Notes: generated from the sequence alone by a model not told the origin. Shown: positions 46,901 through 60,700, counted from the whole stretch's first letter. The stretch is DNA of 63,994 bases, filler included, from Rhizaria sp. SCN 62-66 (GCA_001724265.1; 3 parts of 3 records of this genome joined end to end with filler, not necessarily neighbours in it); one strand, 5' to 3'. Made by a program: numbers and translations.

Positions 46901-47957
46901 TTCTCCCGCTAAGTCCAAGGGCGACGACAAGAAGTCTAAGGGCGATGACACAAAGTCTAAGGGTGACTTGGATGACTCGCTCGGTGACCTCGAGGCCGAC
47001 TCTCTCGGCGATGACGACAACGACGCCGACAAGAGCAAGGGCAAGGGCAAGAGCAGCAGCAAGGGTGACAGCAAGGCCGACAGTAGCAAGAGTGACAGAG
47101 ACAGACACAAAGATGCCAAGGCTAAAGCCGAGGCTGACGCTAAGGCGAAGGCTGAGGCTGATGCCAAGGCCAAAGTTGAAGCCAAGGCTAAGGCAGACGC
47201 AGAGGCCAAGGCCAAGGCTGAGGCTAAAGCCAAGGCTGAGGCTGAAACGAAGGCCAAGGCTGAAGCGAAGGCCAAGGAAGAGGCCGAGGCTAAAGCGAAG
47301 GCCGATGCTGAGGCCAAGGCTACGGCTGAGGCGGAGGCGAAGGCAAAGGCTGTCGCCGCTGCGCAGGCCAAGGCCAAGGCAGACGCGGACGCCAAAGCGA
47401 AGGCCGACGCTGACAAGGCCAAGGCGAAGGGCAGCGACGACGATGACGATGACGACGACGATGATGATGACTTGTCAGACATGAATCTCAACGACGACGA
47501 TGACGACGACGATGACGCTGCTGCTAAGGCTGACGCCGAGGCTAAGGCCAAGGTTGAGGCCAAGGCCAAGGCCGATGCTGAGGCTAAGGCTAAGGCTGAC
47601 GCTGAGGCTAAAGCCAAGGTCAAGGCTCGTGAAGCCGCGGAGGCTGCCAAGGCCAAGGCCGTCGCTGAAGCCAAGGCCAAGGCTGACGCCGCCGCTGCCG
47701 CTGCTTCTGCTGCTGCCAAGAAGGACGACGATGACGATGAGTTGTCAGATATGAGTGACCTTGAGGGCGAAGAAAAAAGTGTGAAGGCTAAGCCTGCTGC
47801 CAGCGCGAGCACTCCTGCCAAGCCCGCTGCCGCTGCTGCGACTGCGGCAGCGTCGAAGCCGACTCCTGCCTCCGCTGCCAAGCCAGCCGCTGCCCCTGCT
47901 GCGAAGAAGGAGGAGCCTGAGGATTTGGACGACATGGATCTTGATGACGATCTTTGA
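43901..47957 (+). CDS. Uncharacterised low-complexity protein with a KAKA(D/E)AEA charged-repeat C-terminus, ~1293 aa; exons 43901-44695 and 44871-47957
   Basis: Two long ORFs joined in phase by an AT-rich GTACGT...CAG intron. Ends in TGA. Confidence 0.8.
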
Positions 47958-48649
47958 ACACAACAATAATCACAAAACAAAATTGAAATGGAGATGGAAG
48001 GATAGAGAGACAGTGAGAGCGACGTACGCTGTGTCGTTATGTTTGACGCTGATTACTCCTTCTCTCGTGTTATATTAGGCTGACGATAGGGCCAAGATAC
48101 TGTCTGCTGCGAAAAATAATACACGTTTATTTAAAACTAAAACAACTTAAATTATCTCTAGTTCTGCTTAAAAAACTCAAAAACTTTGCTTTCTCGAGGT
48201 ATCCTTTGCTTGTTTGTAGATGGCGCGAGTGGCGAGCTGCCGTCGCAAGTGACGAGAGAGCAGGACCGAAAAAAGAGAGTTGCGGGCGGGAGCGAGTCAC
48301 TTCGCGAGAACTTTGGAAAGCAAATTCGGCTGTCAAAGTTTGACTTTTAAAGGTATGTTAAACATTTCCTTATGTACATGCCTCTTTTTTCTGCTATGCA
48401 TTTTTCTGCACTCTGATTGTGGTCCTAGAACAGACTCTAAATTACTCCTAAGCTCACCATTCACGTCTTCCTCGCACCTCGCCCTTCTTGCTCTCTTTCC
48501 TGCCCGACAGCAGTACGTCACTCCGCCATCATACCCTGCTGTAGTATTGTTTTGATGCTACTCAGTCCATATTATGCACCAACTTTTCTCTCTGCTTCGA
48601 ATGCCTTGTAGTCTTTATGTGCAAGCGCCATTGCTCGCACACTCCACCG

Positions 48650-48758
48650 CTGCCATACGACAGATGACTTGGATCAACTATACAGCCGCTCTCTAGAGTG
48701 ACTGCTATCCTCTGATATATTGTCTTTGGTGGAACAAGATTTGATTTGCCGTATGGTG
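48650..48758 (+). ncRNA. Candidate intronic box C/D snoRNA in the RPS10 5'-UTR intron
   Basis: Closing stem CCATACGACAGAT/ATTTGCCGTATGG and C-like CAGATGA. CTGA at 48712 is preceded by CTGCTATCCT, complementary to the conserved LSU rRNA stretch AGGAUAGCAG as recalled. Confidence 0.4.
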
Positions 48759-48891
48759 TCCCTTCCCTACGCGCCTCTTGTTCTTTCTAATGACCATTGC
48801 TTCGTGCCTCCGCGACCCCCATCCTAGCCCGACCCTTTCCTATTGCCTCACATCCCTGCTCTCTCCTTGCTTTGCTTGCTCGCCCCAGACC

Positions 48892-49023
48892 ATGTACATC
48901 GACAAGGCTTCTCGTCTCCGCGTGCTCTCGCACGTCTTCGCCAAGGGCGCCATCGCGATCCCCGCCGACATCACCCTCAAGAAGCACCCCCAGATTGACG
49001 CCCCCAACCTCTACGTCAAGATG
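48892..49023 (+). CDS. RPS10: 40S ribosomal protein S10 (eS10), N-terminal part, truncated by the contig break
   Basis: MYIDKASRLRVLSHVFAKGAIAIPADITLKKHPQIDAPNLYVKM. Probable 5'-UTR intron 48513-48888. Confidence 0.85.
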
Positions 49024-49123
49024 NNNNNNNNNNNNNNNNNNNNNNNNNNNNNNNNNNNNNNNNNNNNTTAATTAATTAANNNNNNNNNNNNNNNNNNNNN
49101 NNNNNNNNNNNNNNNNNNNNNNN
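49024..49123. other. Artificial contig linker (Ns flanking TTAATTAATTAA)
   Basis: Same structure as 24454-24553. Confidence 0.97.
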
Positions 49124-49305
49124 GTATTTTGTTGCCAACTTGACTTGAACGAAATCCCTCTGGGCTCCCTCCCCACGGCCCAGAGGCCGGTCCGCGCCAT
49201 CCTACGACGGACCGATGGTAATATGATAGTTATTGTATTGGAATTCATTTGAAAATTTAAACACTAAATAGCATTCATGTTAGGATGAACTTTCTTATCC
49301 GAGTA

Positions 49306-52300
49306 TTACGTCCGCGATGCCTTCTCACCGTCCTTTCCAGGCGCAACATCTGCGGTGGCTGCGCCGCTTGGCGTGATCGCGGTCGCCGCACTGAGCGCAG
49401 CCTGTTCGGCTGCCTCGACTGCGCGCGCCCTCCGGCGAGCCGCACGCGCCGCCTTACCGACCGCGCGCTCCATGCGGCTTAACATAAGCGCATGCATCGC
49501 CCGGACGACTGCGGTGCCGCGCGCGAGTAGCGCCGTGAGCTGCCACGGCCACAGCTGCGTGCCGAGGGTGTAGTGCGGCAATGGCGGCAGCGTGGTAGTC
49601 GTCGCAGACACATTGGAACTTGATGTCGCTGCAGTTGCGAGCGCAGTGGGAGTTGCAAGCGCGGTACTGGCGACGGGAGACGCAACAACCGCGAACGCAG
49701 CATTGGACGCAGTTGGTGTCGCGGCCGCAGTCAACGCCGAGCTGCCGCTGCTGTTGTTGCTGCTGCCGCCAACCACGGGGATGGTGACGAAAGGCGCGCG
49801 CTCAGGAACCGGCGCCCTCAGCCAGGCAAGAATGGCCCTGCCCATCGCGAGCATCACGCGTTTCATGAACCTGTTGTGCGCCTCGGCCGCGGCCGCGAGG
49901 ATCGCGTTGGCGAGGAGACGACGCCGCTGCAGGTGCTGGAGCTGCTGTTGATACGCCTGCTGCTGGTGGTACTGCTGCAACAGCGCGCTTGTGTCGACCG
50001 CCAACGCCGAGCCCGAGCCAGACGCGGTGACTGGCAAGCCGGAAAGGAGCGACGCAGGCACTGAGGGGTCGGACCAGGGCCCCGGGCCGGCGGAGGGCGG
50101 GAAGAGGTGCTCGATGCTCAGCGGCTGCGGCAGGCGCGGCAGCGACGCGAGCGAGATCTGGCCGAAGACAGTGTTGCCGCTGGTGACCGCGAGCGACGCA
50201 CCGCCGGCGACGCCGCTGCTGCCGTGCCCGTGACTGCTGGGGCTGTGGCCCTTGAGGTGATGCGCGTGACCTTGGCTGTGGCGCTGCGGCTGCGGAGGTG
50301 GAGCGTGCGCATGAACATGAGGACCAGGCTTAGCGGCCGCGTTGGCGGCCGCTGCCGCAGCGGCCATCGCGGCGACGTGCGTGGGACCGATGATCTTGGA
50401 GAGCTTCTTGCCGAACATGCGGCCGCGGATCTTGACGGGCGGCTTGACTTTCGTCGGGTTGAGGAGAGGCAGGTGCTGCTGGTTGTGACCATGAACGTGG
50501 ATCGATTGGGCGTGATGCTGGTGATGCTGATGCAAATGAAGCTGGCTGTGGGCATGAATGTGACTGTCGTGGCCACGATGAGTGTGATTAGGACCGTGAC
50601 TGTGCTCGTGACTCTGGTGTGGACTGTGCCCATGAAGGTGAGAGTGTGGAGCAGCAGCACTAGGTTGTAACATGGCCGCAGAGTTCAGCGCAAGGTTATC
50701 ATGAGCAAGCCGTGCAGTGCTTGGAACGACGGTAGTGTTGTTGTTTCCAGACAAACTGGATGATGTTGCACCGGAATCACCAGTGTTATCGATGCGAATC
50801 GACTGCAATGCGATCGAGGCACCGGTGTTGTGTTGTTGACTCTGCTCGTCGGGCGTCAACGGCGTAAGCGGTGAGAGCATAGGCGTCGCAGTCATGCTCG
50901 CGCACGTACTGCCACAAACAGAACTCTGATTCGAGCCCGAACTCGCGCTAGAACTGGAGCTCGAGCTTGAACTACTCGAGTTGCTAGTTGAGTTGTTGCG
51001 CAGAGTCTCGCGCCAGAGCTTCTCCTCGCGCTTCCTCTGCCGCCTCTCGCGACGCTTCTCCTTCTTCACCGCCTTGCGCACACGCCGCTCGGCGCGCCGC
51101 CGCTCGCGCGCGGTCTGTACCGCGCGCAGCACCGTGCGCGTTGAGGTCGCGCCGTGCAAGGGGTGCGTATACGTGCCCGCGACGGCGAAGTCAGCCATCG
51201 ACATCGGCACGGCGGGCGCGGCCACTGCGCTTTGCGAGAGAGCGGTTACGGCGGCGACCGTGCGCGCGCGACTGAAGGTGGGCCTTGGGGGCACCGACAA
51301 CGCGCCCACGCCTGTGGCCGCCGCGGCGGCAGCGGAGGCTGCGGCAAGCTTCTTGAGCATGCGGCGACGACGACGGCGATGGCGGCGGCGACGGCTCGCC
51401 TCGCTGTCGCTGCTGTCACTTGAGCTGGAGCTGCTCGAGGATGAGCTTGAGCTGGAGCTTGAACTTGACGTGCTCGAGCTAGAACTAGAGCTGGACGACT
51501 TGGACGACGAGCGCGAGTTGCGGCGACTGCGATCGCGGCGACTGCGGCGGCGACGGCTCCTGCGACTTCGTCTACTGCGACTGTGCTTCGGCAGAGACAG
51601 GCCGCCGCTGCGGCGCTCGCGCGCATCGGTGTCAGGGCTGTCGCCGCCGCTGCTCGGGCTGCGGCTGCGGCTACGACTCGGACTGCGCTCGCTGCGGCCG
51701 CCGCCGTCGCCGCGACTGCGCCGACCACGGCGCTCGGAGTCGGAGTGGGACGTGTCCACAAGACGTGCAGACACAGGCGCACTCAGCTGTGACAGAGGCG
51801 GCTGCAGCTGCAGCTGCGACAGCGGGGGCTGCAGCTGGAACAGCGAGCGTGACTGCGTCTGCGCACGCAAAGACTGAACGACGGGAGAGCCTGCAGCGAG
51901 GTCGAGCGGCGTGACATCGTCTCCTTCCTCCTCTTCGTCCGCTGCGTCAGCCTCGGCCTCGTCCTCCGCGACAGTAGTCTCGTGCTCGCCGTCACGGCCG
52001 TGCTTGTTGACGGCGCCAGTGGCAAGCGCGGCCGCGGCGGCAAATGCGGAGGGCGCAGCGCGGAGACGCCTGCGTGCAGCGGCAACCTTGGGGGACAGTG
52101 CAGGACGTCCCATGATCAGCCTCTGTTCGCTACCGCCAGCACCAGCGACACCAGAGCCGCTGTTAAGAGCGGGTGGAGGCGGGAGGCGCGGCCGGCGCAG
52201 CGAGTGTGAAAGCATCGGTGACGGGCCAGACGCGAGAGAAATCGCAGGTGCCGGAGCAGGACTAATGAGGTCATCAGCAGTGGTGGCAGCGTGGGTAGAA

Positions 52301-54766
52301 GCAACCTTAGTCGTCGTGCCGTGAGTCAATGTCTTGTTCGGGATCAAGTCGAAAACATGACCGCTTCGGATCGCCTCGATGTCACGTTCACGGCGCTCAC
52401 CGCTGCGGCTGCGGCTCGGGCTTTGACTGTAACTGCGGCTGCGGCGACTCTTGCGCGATTTCCTACTACGTCGAGTGCGCCTGTCTCCATCGCTGTAGCG
52501 AGCGTTGTCGTCGCTCGAGTCCGAACTGCTGTCCCTAACATTGCTGGGGCGAGGGCGGGGACGCTGGCGGTCGCGAATGTGGCGCGGGAGAACGCCGCCA
52601 TTGAGCTCAGCCATGTCTTCCAGTTCGGTTTCCGACCGAGAATCATCGCCATCATCGCGATCGAGCATACTGCGTTCGCTAGCCGAGCCAGTGTAGCTGC
52701 TCGTGCTGTAATCAGAGTCGTATGACGATGATGATGAAGAGCTCGAAGATGATGACGATGACGAAGATGACGAGCTCGATGATGACGATGACGAAGAGGA
52801 TGAAGACGATGACGAGTCAGTGTACAACGCAGGATCGTACACACTTCCCTTGCGTCCACCAGCTCCATCAACGCCATACATCAGTTTGCCCAGCAGCAGC
52901 GACTCCTCCGGCGAGTCAAACAAGTACATGCCCTTGGCGCGGCGAAGGTCAAGGCCGGCGTCGGGCGCCTCGAGGAACACGAAATACTCCATGCACGCCA
53001 GTGCAAGACGGTGAGTCCACAGCGAGAAGAGGAAGACGTAGATATACAGGAACACGCGCGATGAGTAGAACCCAGCGAGGCCACCAGGACCAGCCGCGAG
53101 CTCTGTGAATGTCTCGAGAATGTTGTCACCACTCATGATGGCAAACAGCGAGGTCATGGTCATGCCGAGAGACTGGAAGCGCGGCGCGTACGCGTCGGAG
53201 AATATGAGCCATGCGAAGATGCAGAATCCCATCCAGACAGGCAGAATGACGCCGAGGAATAGCGTGAGCAGCGGGAACGCGCGGCGCACGGCAAGAATGA
53301 AGACGTTAAATGAGCGCGGGAGGAACGTGAAGAACGGCAGCAGGTTCGCCCATGCGAGGAAACAAAGCAAAGCAAATACAGGCTTCATGAAGTGAGTCAA
53401 CACAGTGAGCTCACCAGTTCCACCTGCGGCGTTGGCACTAGATACTGCCATGAACACAAATGACAAAGCAAGTATGTCCTGTAGCAACGACATTTGCCAG
53501 GTCAAGTCAAGCACGCGCCACCATTGCGCGTGCTCACGCTTTGAGCGCCGCGCGCGCACGCCGGATGCTTGCGACGTTGCAGCCGCACCGGCGGTCGTGG
53601 CAGTGATGGGGCCAGGACGCAGCATCATCGACGTGTTCAGCAGCGAGTCAGCGTCGCCAGAGCGAACTTTAGCGCCGGAGAGCGTCCTCTGGACGAGGCC
53701 GCTACTGGGCCCTGACGAGGTCGGAGACAGGTGCATATGTGGCTTGATTTCAGCGCTACCGTAGTGAGTAGCGCTCACAACTGCAGAGCTGCCGCGTCTG
53801 TCGTCAGATCCGTAGAACTGACCGACATCAGCGCGCGCGCCGTGGCCACCGTAACTGTAGTCGTACTCGCTGCCGTCGCCGTCGTCAAAAATATCGCGGC
53901 CGTGAGCCGGGCGCGAGATCAGAGTCTGCATCTCGCTCTCTGCGCCGCGCCCTGCAACGCCAATACTGCCGCTGAAATTGCTATTGCTGTCGAGCCCGAC
54001 GACAGTGCTCAGCCCGCGCTGCAGTGCGATGCGCGCGGTTGTTGCGGCCGCTGCAGCCGCAGACCCGGCAGACACAGCCGCGGACTTTGCAGAGGTGACA
54101 GCGCGGACCATGCCCGTCTTGGTAGCCATCCACAGCTTGCGCCAGGGCGTCGCTGTGCGCCGCTGCGTCCACCGCGGCGAGCCGTCCGCAGTGGGGCTGC
54201 CCGCTACATCATAGGCGCCGGCAGTGGCGCTCGTGTGCAGCGGGCTTTGCAGCAGTGAATCGGAGGTACCAGTCACGGGAGCGGCGGTGGGGACGGCGGC
54301 GACGCGACGCAAGCGCATGCCAGAAGCACCAGCGCTGCCACTTAAAAGGCTGTCTCGGGCAGACCAACTCTGACCGCGCTCGTCGGTCTGGTAGTCGTCA
54401 AGGTCTTCGTCATCGCTGCCGCTGACGAACCCAGCGCCGCGATCTCCGGACCGCGTTTTGCTGGCGCTGTTGCTGTTCGCCTCGTAGTACTGGTCGTCGT
54501 CATCGTCGTCGTCTTCGTCGTTGATGTCGGCGAGCAGCGATGCGGGGTGGAGGCCCCACGGGGACGCCTCGTAGCCCAGCACGAGCGACGATAGCGCGCG
54601 CGTCGTCGAGGGGCGGATGGGGGGCGGCAGCACGGTGTGTGCGCGCGCGAGCATGTGCGGCGTCCCGGGGTTGCTGTTGCTGTTGCCGAGACCGGAGCTG
54701 CGGGAGCGGGGCGAGTGGTCGGGAGAAGAGCTGCCCGACGACGGCGACGACGATGATGAGGATGAT

Positions 54767-54798
<32 letters not shown>

Positions 54799-57700
54799 GG
54801 ATGATGACGAGGACGAGGACGTCGAGGAGGATGAAGAGGAGGACGACGAAGAATGGTGGCGACGACGGCGACTCTTCTTGCTCCTGCTCTTGCCACTCTT
54901 GCTCTTGCCACTCTTGCGCCTCCGGCCGCTCTTGCCCTCGCCGCTACTCTGATCGTGGTTGGCGTGCGTCACATCGCCACCGTACACGATTCCCGGCATC
55001 GTCGTGTGGCCGGCAGGTGCAGGCCCCAGGCCGGGGGTCAACGGCAGCGGCGGGGGCGGCAGCGGCGCGCGGCGCGAGAGCAGTGACATCTGCACACTTG
55101 CACCAGCCCCGTCTTCATCTTCCTCCTCTTCACTGCTGCTTTTGTTGTGACCGAACCCAAGCGCTAAAGGTGCGCTGCCGAGTCGGGTACCGTTGGAGCT
55201 GATGGTGATACTGTCTCCGGATCCATACCCTTTGCTCGCAGTCAGGCTAGCAAAGCTTGCGTTGGCGTCGCTGTTGCTGCCCACACTCAAAGAGGTTGAG
55301 TTGGATCGAGGCGGCAAGAGCGAGGCTGTAACGGGGGGCGTGTACAGAGGTGTAATGGGGGAGTGCGCGGCCTGTCCGAGTTGCGACTGCGAGAGTGAAC
55401 CACTGTCTTGGCCAGCAGGCGAGCGACTCGGCGACGGCAGATGCGGGTGTGGTGGCGGCGGAGACAGCGGGCCGCGGGGACCAAAACGCTTAATACCGGC
55501 GCTCTTGAGCGGTGCCCCAGCCCATACCCCCGCCGCAGCTGCAATCCCGGACACGTCGCCCGACTTGCCCGCCTCAGCCCCAGCGAGCGCTTCGGCGTCG
55601 GGCCCCGAGTAGGGCGCGGCAGGAAGCGAGCGGCCGAGGCGCCAGAGCAGCGACAGCGTCGACACCACAGAAAGCGAGAATAGCAGGAAGTATAGGACAA
55701 CGCGCGCGAATGACTGCGAGTCGACGGAGTAGGGGGAGAACGAGAGTGGAGACGCACTGGGGGATGACGGTGAAAGCATGTCGCGGGAGCTCGTGAGAAA
55801 AGTACGGTCTGCAGAGGCGGCGGCCACCGCAGCAGCGGCAGCAGCCTTGCGTGTCACCTTCGTTTCAGCCGGTGCCGTGACGTTTGCAGATGTCGCATCA
55901 GTCGTGACAGGAGTGATAGCCGTAGAAGCAGCGCGGCAGCGTCGGTAGGACTGCGAGAGCGCAGCAAGAAGCGTGGCGGAGATGGAGTCGCGCCAGACTG
56001 AGAACGACAGGCCCCAAAGCACGCAAACGCGCTCAGACTCGGTGAACTGCAGGTTGCGCAGCAAGATGGAGACGGAAAGTGAACGGAACGGGGCGCGTAG
56101 CAACGTGGACCACTCAGCGACTTCCTTGGCTTCCTCTGCGCCTTGTGCTGACGAGTCGCTCGCGTCGTGCTCACTCGCAGAGTCAGGTGTCGCGGAGTCA
56201 CCATCAGCGGTCTCACTATCAGAACCAGAGCTGGCGCTGAACTTGGCGCCACGACTCTCAAGCTTCTTCGTGGGGAGCTTCTTCACCGCCTTCAACAGCG
56301 ACTTCATGTCTTTCTTGGCCGGCGCCTTCGCTCTATCACTTGCAGCGTTAGTTTTAGAGACAATGGCAGAAGACCCAGCGTCCAAGCTGTCAACGACATT
56401 TGTTGCAGTGACATTAGTACCCGTAGAGTTCGAATCGGACTTAGGGTGCGAACTCGCCATTTTGTTCGCATGCGCTTGTGCACGCGCCGCTTTCGCTGCG
56501 TCCGCAGCAGCCCGCGCCGCAGCGGCGGCCGCCGTGAGCGACTCCAGCACTGCGCGCGCCTTCTCCACAGCCTTCTCGTCCTTCCTGCTCATAGCGCTCG
56601 TACTCTCGCTGTCCGCCGCAGCCGCGGCCGCAGCAGCTGCCGCGTCCGCAAGCGCAGCCGCAGCCGCGGCGCGCGCTGCCTCCGCCTCTGCGGCCGCAGC
56701 CTCGGCCTCGTGCGCGGGCGTGCCGGGACCCCAGCGCTGCGCGTCGGCCATGGCGGCCTCGCGGCGGCGGCGGCGGCGCGCGGCGCTGGCGCGGGCGCCC
56801 GACGGCAGCGGTCCGCGGTACCCCTGCAGCGCCGGGAAGGGCTGCGCGGCGGAGACCGCGAAGGCCATGACGCAGGGGCCGCAGACGTGCGTCTCGGACG
56901 CGGGCGCGAGGGCGCGCGTTCGGGCCGCGGCAGCGGCGGCAGCGGCGGCGCGGGCGGTCTTGGCGGCAACGGCGGCAGCGGCCTTGGTGCGCGCCTTGTG
57001 CGTCGACGTTGCAGACGACACGGACGCAGATGGCGAGGGACGGCGGAAACGAGGGTCACTGTCAAGGTCCCAGAGCTCGTTGGGGTCGCCGATTGCGACA
57101 TCCTTTCCTTTGCCCTTGCTATTGGTCTTGCTGGCAACATCAACTGCGTCAGGGGTCGCGTCAGCGCGGCTCGGGGGCAGCCGGCGCGCCGCGGTCTCGA
57201 GCGCCTTGGACAGCAGCTTGTTAGCTTTGGGGTCTTTGGGGCCGACGTCAGGATCTTTTTCGGACAGCATAGCGTGATACGGTGATTGAGAATCAGTTTC
57301 CATCTCAGCATACACACCAACAAATCCGGGGGCGCCAGGCTCAAGGTCCGTTGCAGGATCCGCTTCGTCCTCGATCTCGGCCTCGTCGTAATCCTCATAG
57401 TCGTCGTCCTCATCGTCGTCGCTGCCGTCGTCGTCCGTGTCGCCGTGTGCAATTGTGTGCATGAGCTCTAAAGACAGCGGGAACGCACACAACGGCTCCG
57501 ACAGCAGCAGACGGCGTTGCGGGGCAGCGGCCGCAGCTGCAGCGGCCGCGGCGGCCGCGGCGGCCGCGGCTGTAGCAGCGGTGGCGGCCGCGGCTGCTGC
57601 TGATGCGGGTCGACTTTGCCGTGACACCACAGGCGATTCCTCTGAGTAAACCAGTCTCGCAGAGCCGGTGCCCGTGGACGTGGTGGCGTGCGTGGCGGTG

Positions 57701-60700
57701 ACTGTCGTGCGCGAGGTCGACACAGTGGTCGTGGTGACCGTGGCTGCGTGGGACTGCGAGCCGGAGAGAGAGTCGAGGCCGAGGCCAAGACGGGTCCAAG
57801 TCTCCTCCTCATCCTCGTCTTCTTGTTCCTCTTCGTCCTCGGCGACATCGCTGTCGTCGCCATCGTCCTGCTCAGTATCATCATCCGTCTCGTGCATAGA
57901 ATCAATGCCACTGTTAGTGCGATCATGAGGAGTCGTATTGCTCACGTTATGGGCTGAATGGGTGAAGTGAGAATCAAGAGAAGCCGAAAAAACCTTACGG
58001 TTGCTTCTAAAAGAGCTAGCGACGGGATTGGTAAAGCCGGGGCCCGACCATACGAAGGGCGCATCCGCCTCCGCAGCCTCCGCAGCCACCGCGCCCGCGC
58101 CTGCGAAGTTAAGCGTCGCGGGGTTCATCAGCCGCTCCGTCGGGTGCAGCCACGGCGCGCGGTGGCCCCGTGTCACGGCAGCCTCGTCGGCGGCAGCGTT
58201 GAGCGCCGCCGCGGGGGTTGCGTGGTGCGGCGAGCCTGTGATAGTGCGCCAAAGCGTCGTGAACAGACCAAAGCCGCTCGTCTTGCTCTCGTCACTGTCA
58301 GCAACCAGAGTGATTTTCTCTGTTGCAGGTGCGGACGCCGCGCTGACGTCGCTCACGCCAGTGTCATCAGTCTCCGCATTAATAAGTCGAGCAACACCAT
58401 CGTCAGCGGTCGACATAGCAATAGCCGCAGGCCGGCCCAGCGCGCTGTGCTGCCGAGCAAGCGGCTTGAATTCGGGGAAGCCCCTAGACATCGCAGACGC
58501 GCCAGCAGATGCCGCCATGTACTGATTGGGGCCGCCGGTCACCGCCCTGAGCTTCACACCATCACCGCCGCCGCCCTTGCTGCTCTTGCTAGGGTTCACA
58601 CCAGTGCTCTCGGCGCTGCCGCGCGGGCGGCGGCCGTAGGGATGGCGACTGCGACGAGACTTGCGAACACGGTGGCGCCTGGGGCGTTGAACTGCGAAAA
58701 GCGTTTCAACACCACCTGAAGCCAGCATGTCGCTCATGCTGAGACCGGCCGATGAAGTTGTCGGCTTTGCCGTCGTGGTCATCGTCGTCGTCGTTGTCGT
58801 GGTGGTGGTCGTCGTCGCCTGATCATAGTCGGACGGGGCCCACGGGTAGCTCGCAGACAGGCCCAGGCGTCGCGCGCGCTCCGCGGCCGCCGCAAGCCGC
58901 CGCTGATGCTTCAGCTGCTGCTTGTTAGTCGCCACAAGAGCGGATGGACTGGCACCAATGATGTCAACGTCTGTCTCCAGAGCAGTGACAGTAGCGGCGG
59001 CGGCAGAAGCGACAGCGGCAGCGGCAGCGGCCACGGCAGCGTCGGCCTTGGCAGTCGCCGCAACCTCGTCGACCGCCTCCTTCGACTCCGCGACCTCAGT
59101 CGCTTTGGCCTCGGTCGGCAGAACAATCTCGCCCGTGTAGGGGTCAACGCCGAGCGCGCGCCAATACTCGGACTGCGACAGCACGATCGCGTCACGCGGC
59201 GCAGTCCCCACGGGCAGCCACGGCAGCGACGACTTGTGCCCGCTCCCGGGCCTTGCGGTCGCCACGGTGTCGTTGCTCAAGTGCTGCGTGGAGTTGCGGA
59301 AGGCGCGCGGGCGCGAGTGCGGGTACCGCATAATCGCGACTTCGCGCGCGGCGCCAGGACCCCATAGTAGCGATGCGGGGGCAGCACCCAGCGCCGCCGA
59401 AGGAGCGCCGAACGCGGCAAAAGCGTCGGCTGACACGAAGATGCTTTGCTCCGCTGCAACGAGACACACTGGCCAGGGGCGCGCGCCGACACCGGGGCCG
59501 CGAGTCGGCCAGGGGTCAAAGTCAAGCCGCATGATTGCGTGGCGACGGCGGTGCGGGCGCCCGCTGCTGCTGGAGTCGCTGTCATCGCTGTGGCGGCGGC
59601 GGCGGCGGCGGCGAAGGCGGCGAGGGGTGACTTCGCCGACCTCAGCCTCCTCCGCCTTGCTCTCCTCAGCAGCTTCGTCGCTGGCGACAGGGTCCGTCGT
59701 GGCTACGATCTCGGTCTCGGCAAGAGCCGCGCTTGCTCCAATTGCAGGGCTGCCCTGCAAGGAGCGAGGGGCGAACTTGTTCACAGGTACAAGCTCATCG
59801 CTGATCGTCCCAACGTTGTTCGGTGGCCGCGGCAGCGTAATTTTGTGCCCGAGCACAGGGCCAGTCCACCCACCAGAGCTACCCGTTCCGTTAGGCTCAG
59901 CACTCGCGTTCGGCCCAATATCAATCTCAGCTGCATTGGCTGCAGCCTTACCAGCCGAACTCGTGCTCGAATTGGCGTCTATTGACGCAGTCGTGTCGCG
60001 AGACGTCGGCACGACGGCAGCGTCTGCCGCAGTCACATCGAGCGCGCTCGCAGGCAGTGTCACGCCCAGCGTGGCTCCAGAAGAACCATCACCAGCTTCG
60101 TTTTTCTCACTCTTGCTCTTGCTAGCACTCGCACTCGCATGTGCAGGGTCAGTCTTCTGCCTCGCGCCCTGCTTCTGCGCGTCCGCGGTGGCCGCCGTCG
60201 CGCTGTAGGCCGAGAGCACGGTGCGCACGGCGGCCGCGACCTCGGACACGGCGCGCACGCGGTACAGCTGTGGATGCGCACGGTGGATCGCGCCCGGCGG
60301 CAGCGGCACAAGCACACCGCCCTGCGCCACGGCGGCGGAGCCGGTGCCGGCGTTCGCCTCCGCAGCCGCGGCCGCAGCCGCGTCCGAGGCGCGGGCGCGC
60401 GCGCTGGCGCCGGCGCTGCGGGCGCGCGGGCCCGCGGCGGGCGCGACGTTGACGCTGGCGGCAGCGGCGGGCGGCAGGCCGGCGGCCTCGAGCGGCGGCA
60501 GCGGTTCCAGTCCGCCGAGCCCGAAGGGGGGCGGGAACAGCTGCGCCACCCACTGCTCGGGGGCGAGCGCAAGGAACGAGAAGTCGTTGTGGCCCTCGTG
60601 CGCGAGCAGAAGCGCAGTGACAACGATGAACAGCAGCTGGACGAGCAGGCGCAGGTGCAGGTAACGGAAGCGGGAGAAGAGCCCGTGGCGGCCGCGGTGC

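Noticed and set aside
47110-47700. Bacterial TolA-like gene or horizontal transfer
   Set aside because: The similarity is only compositional (KAKAEAE repeats) within an intron-containing eukaryotic gene.
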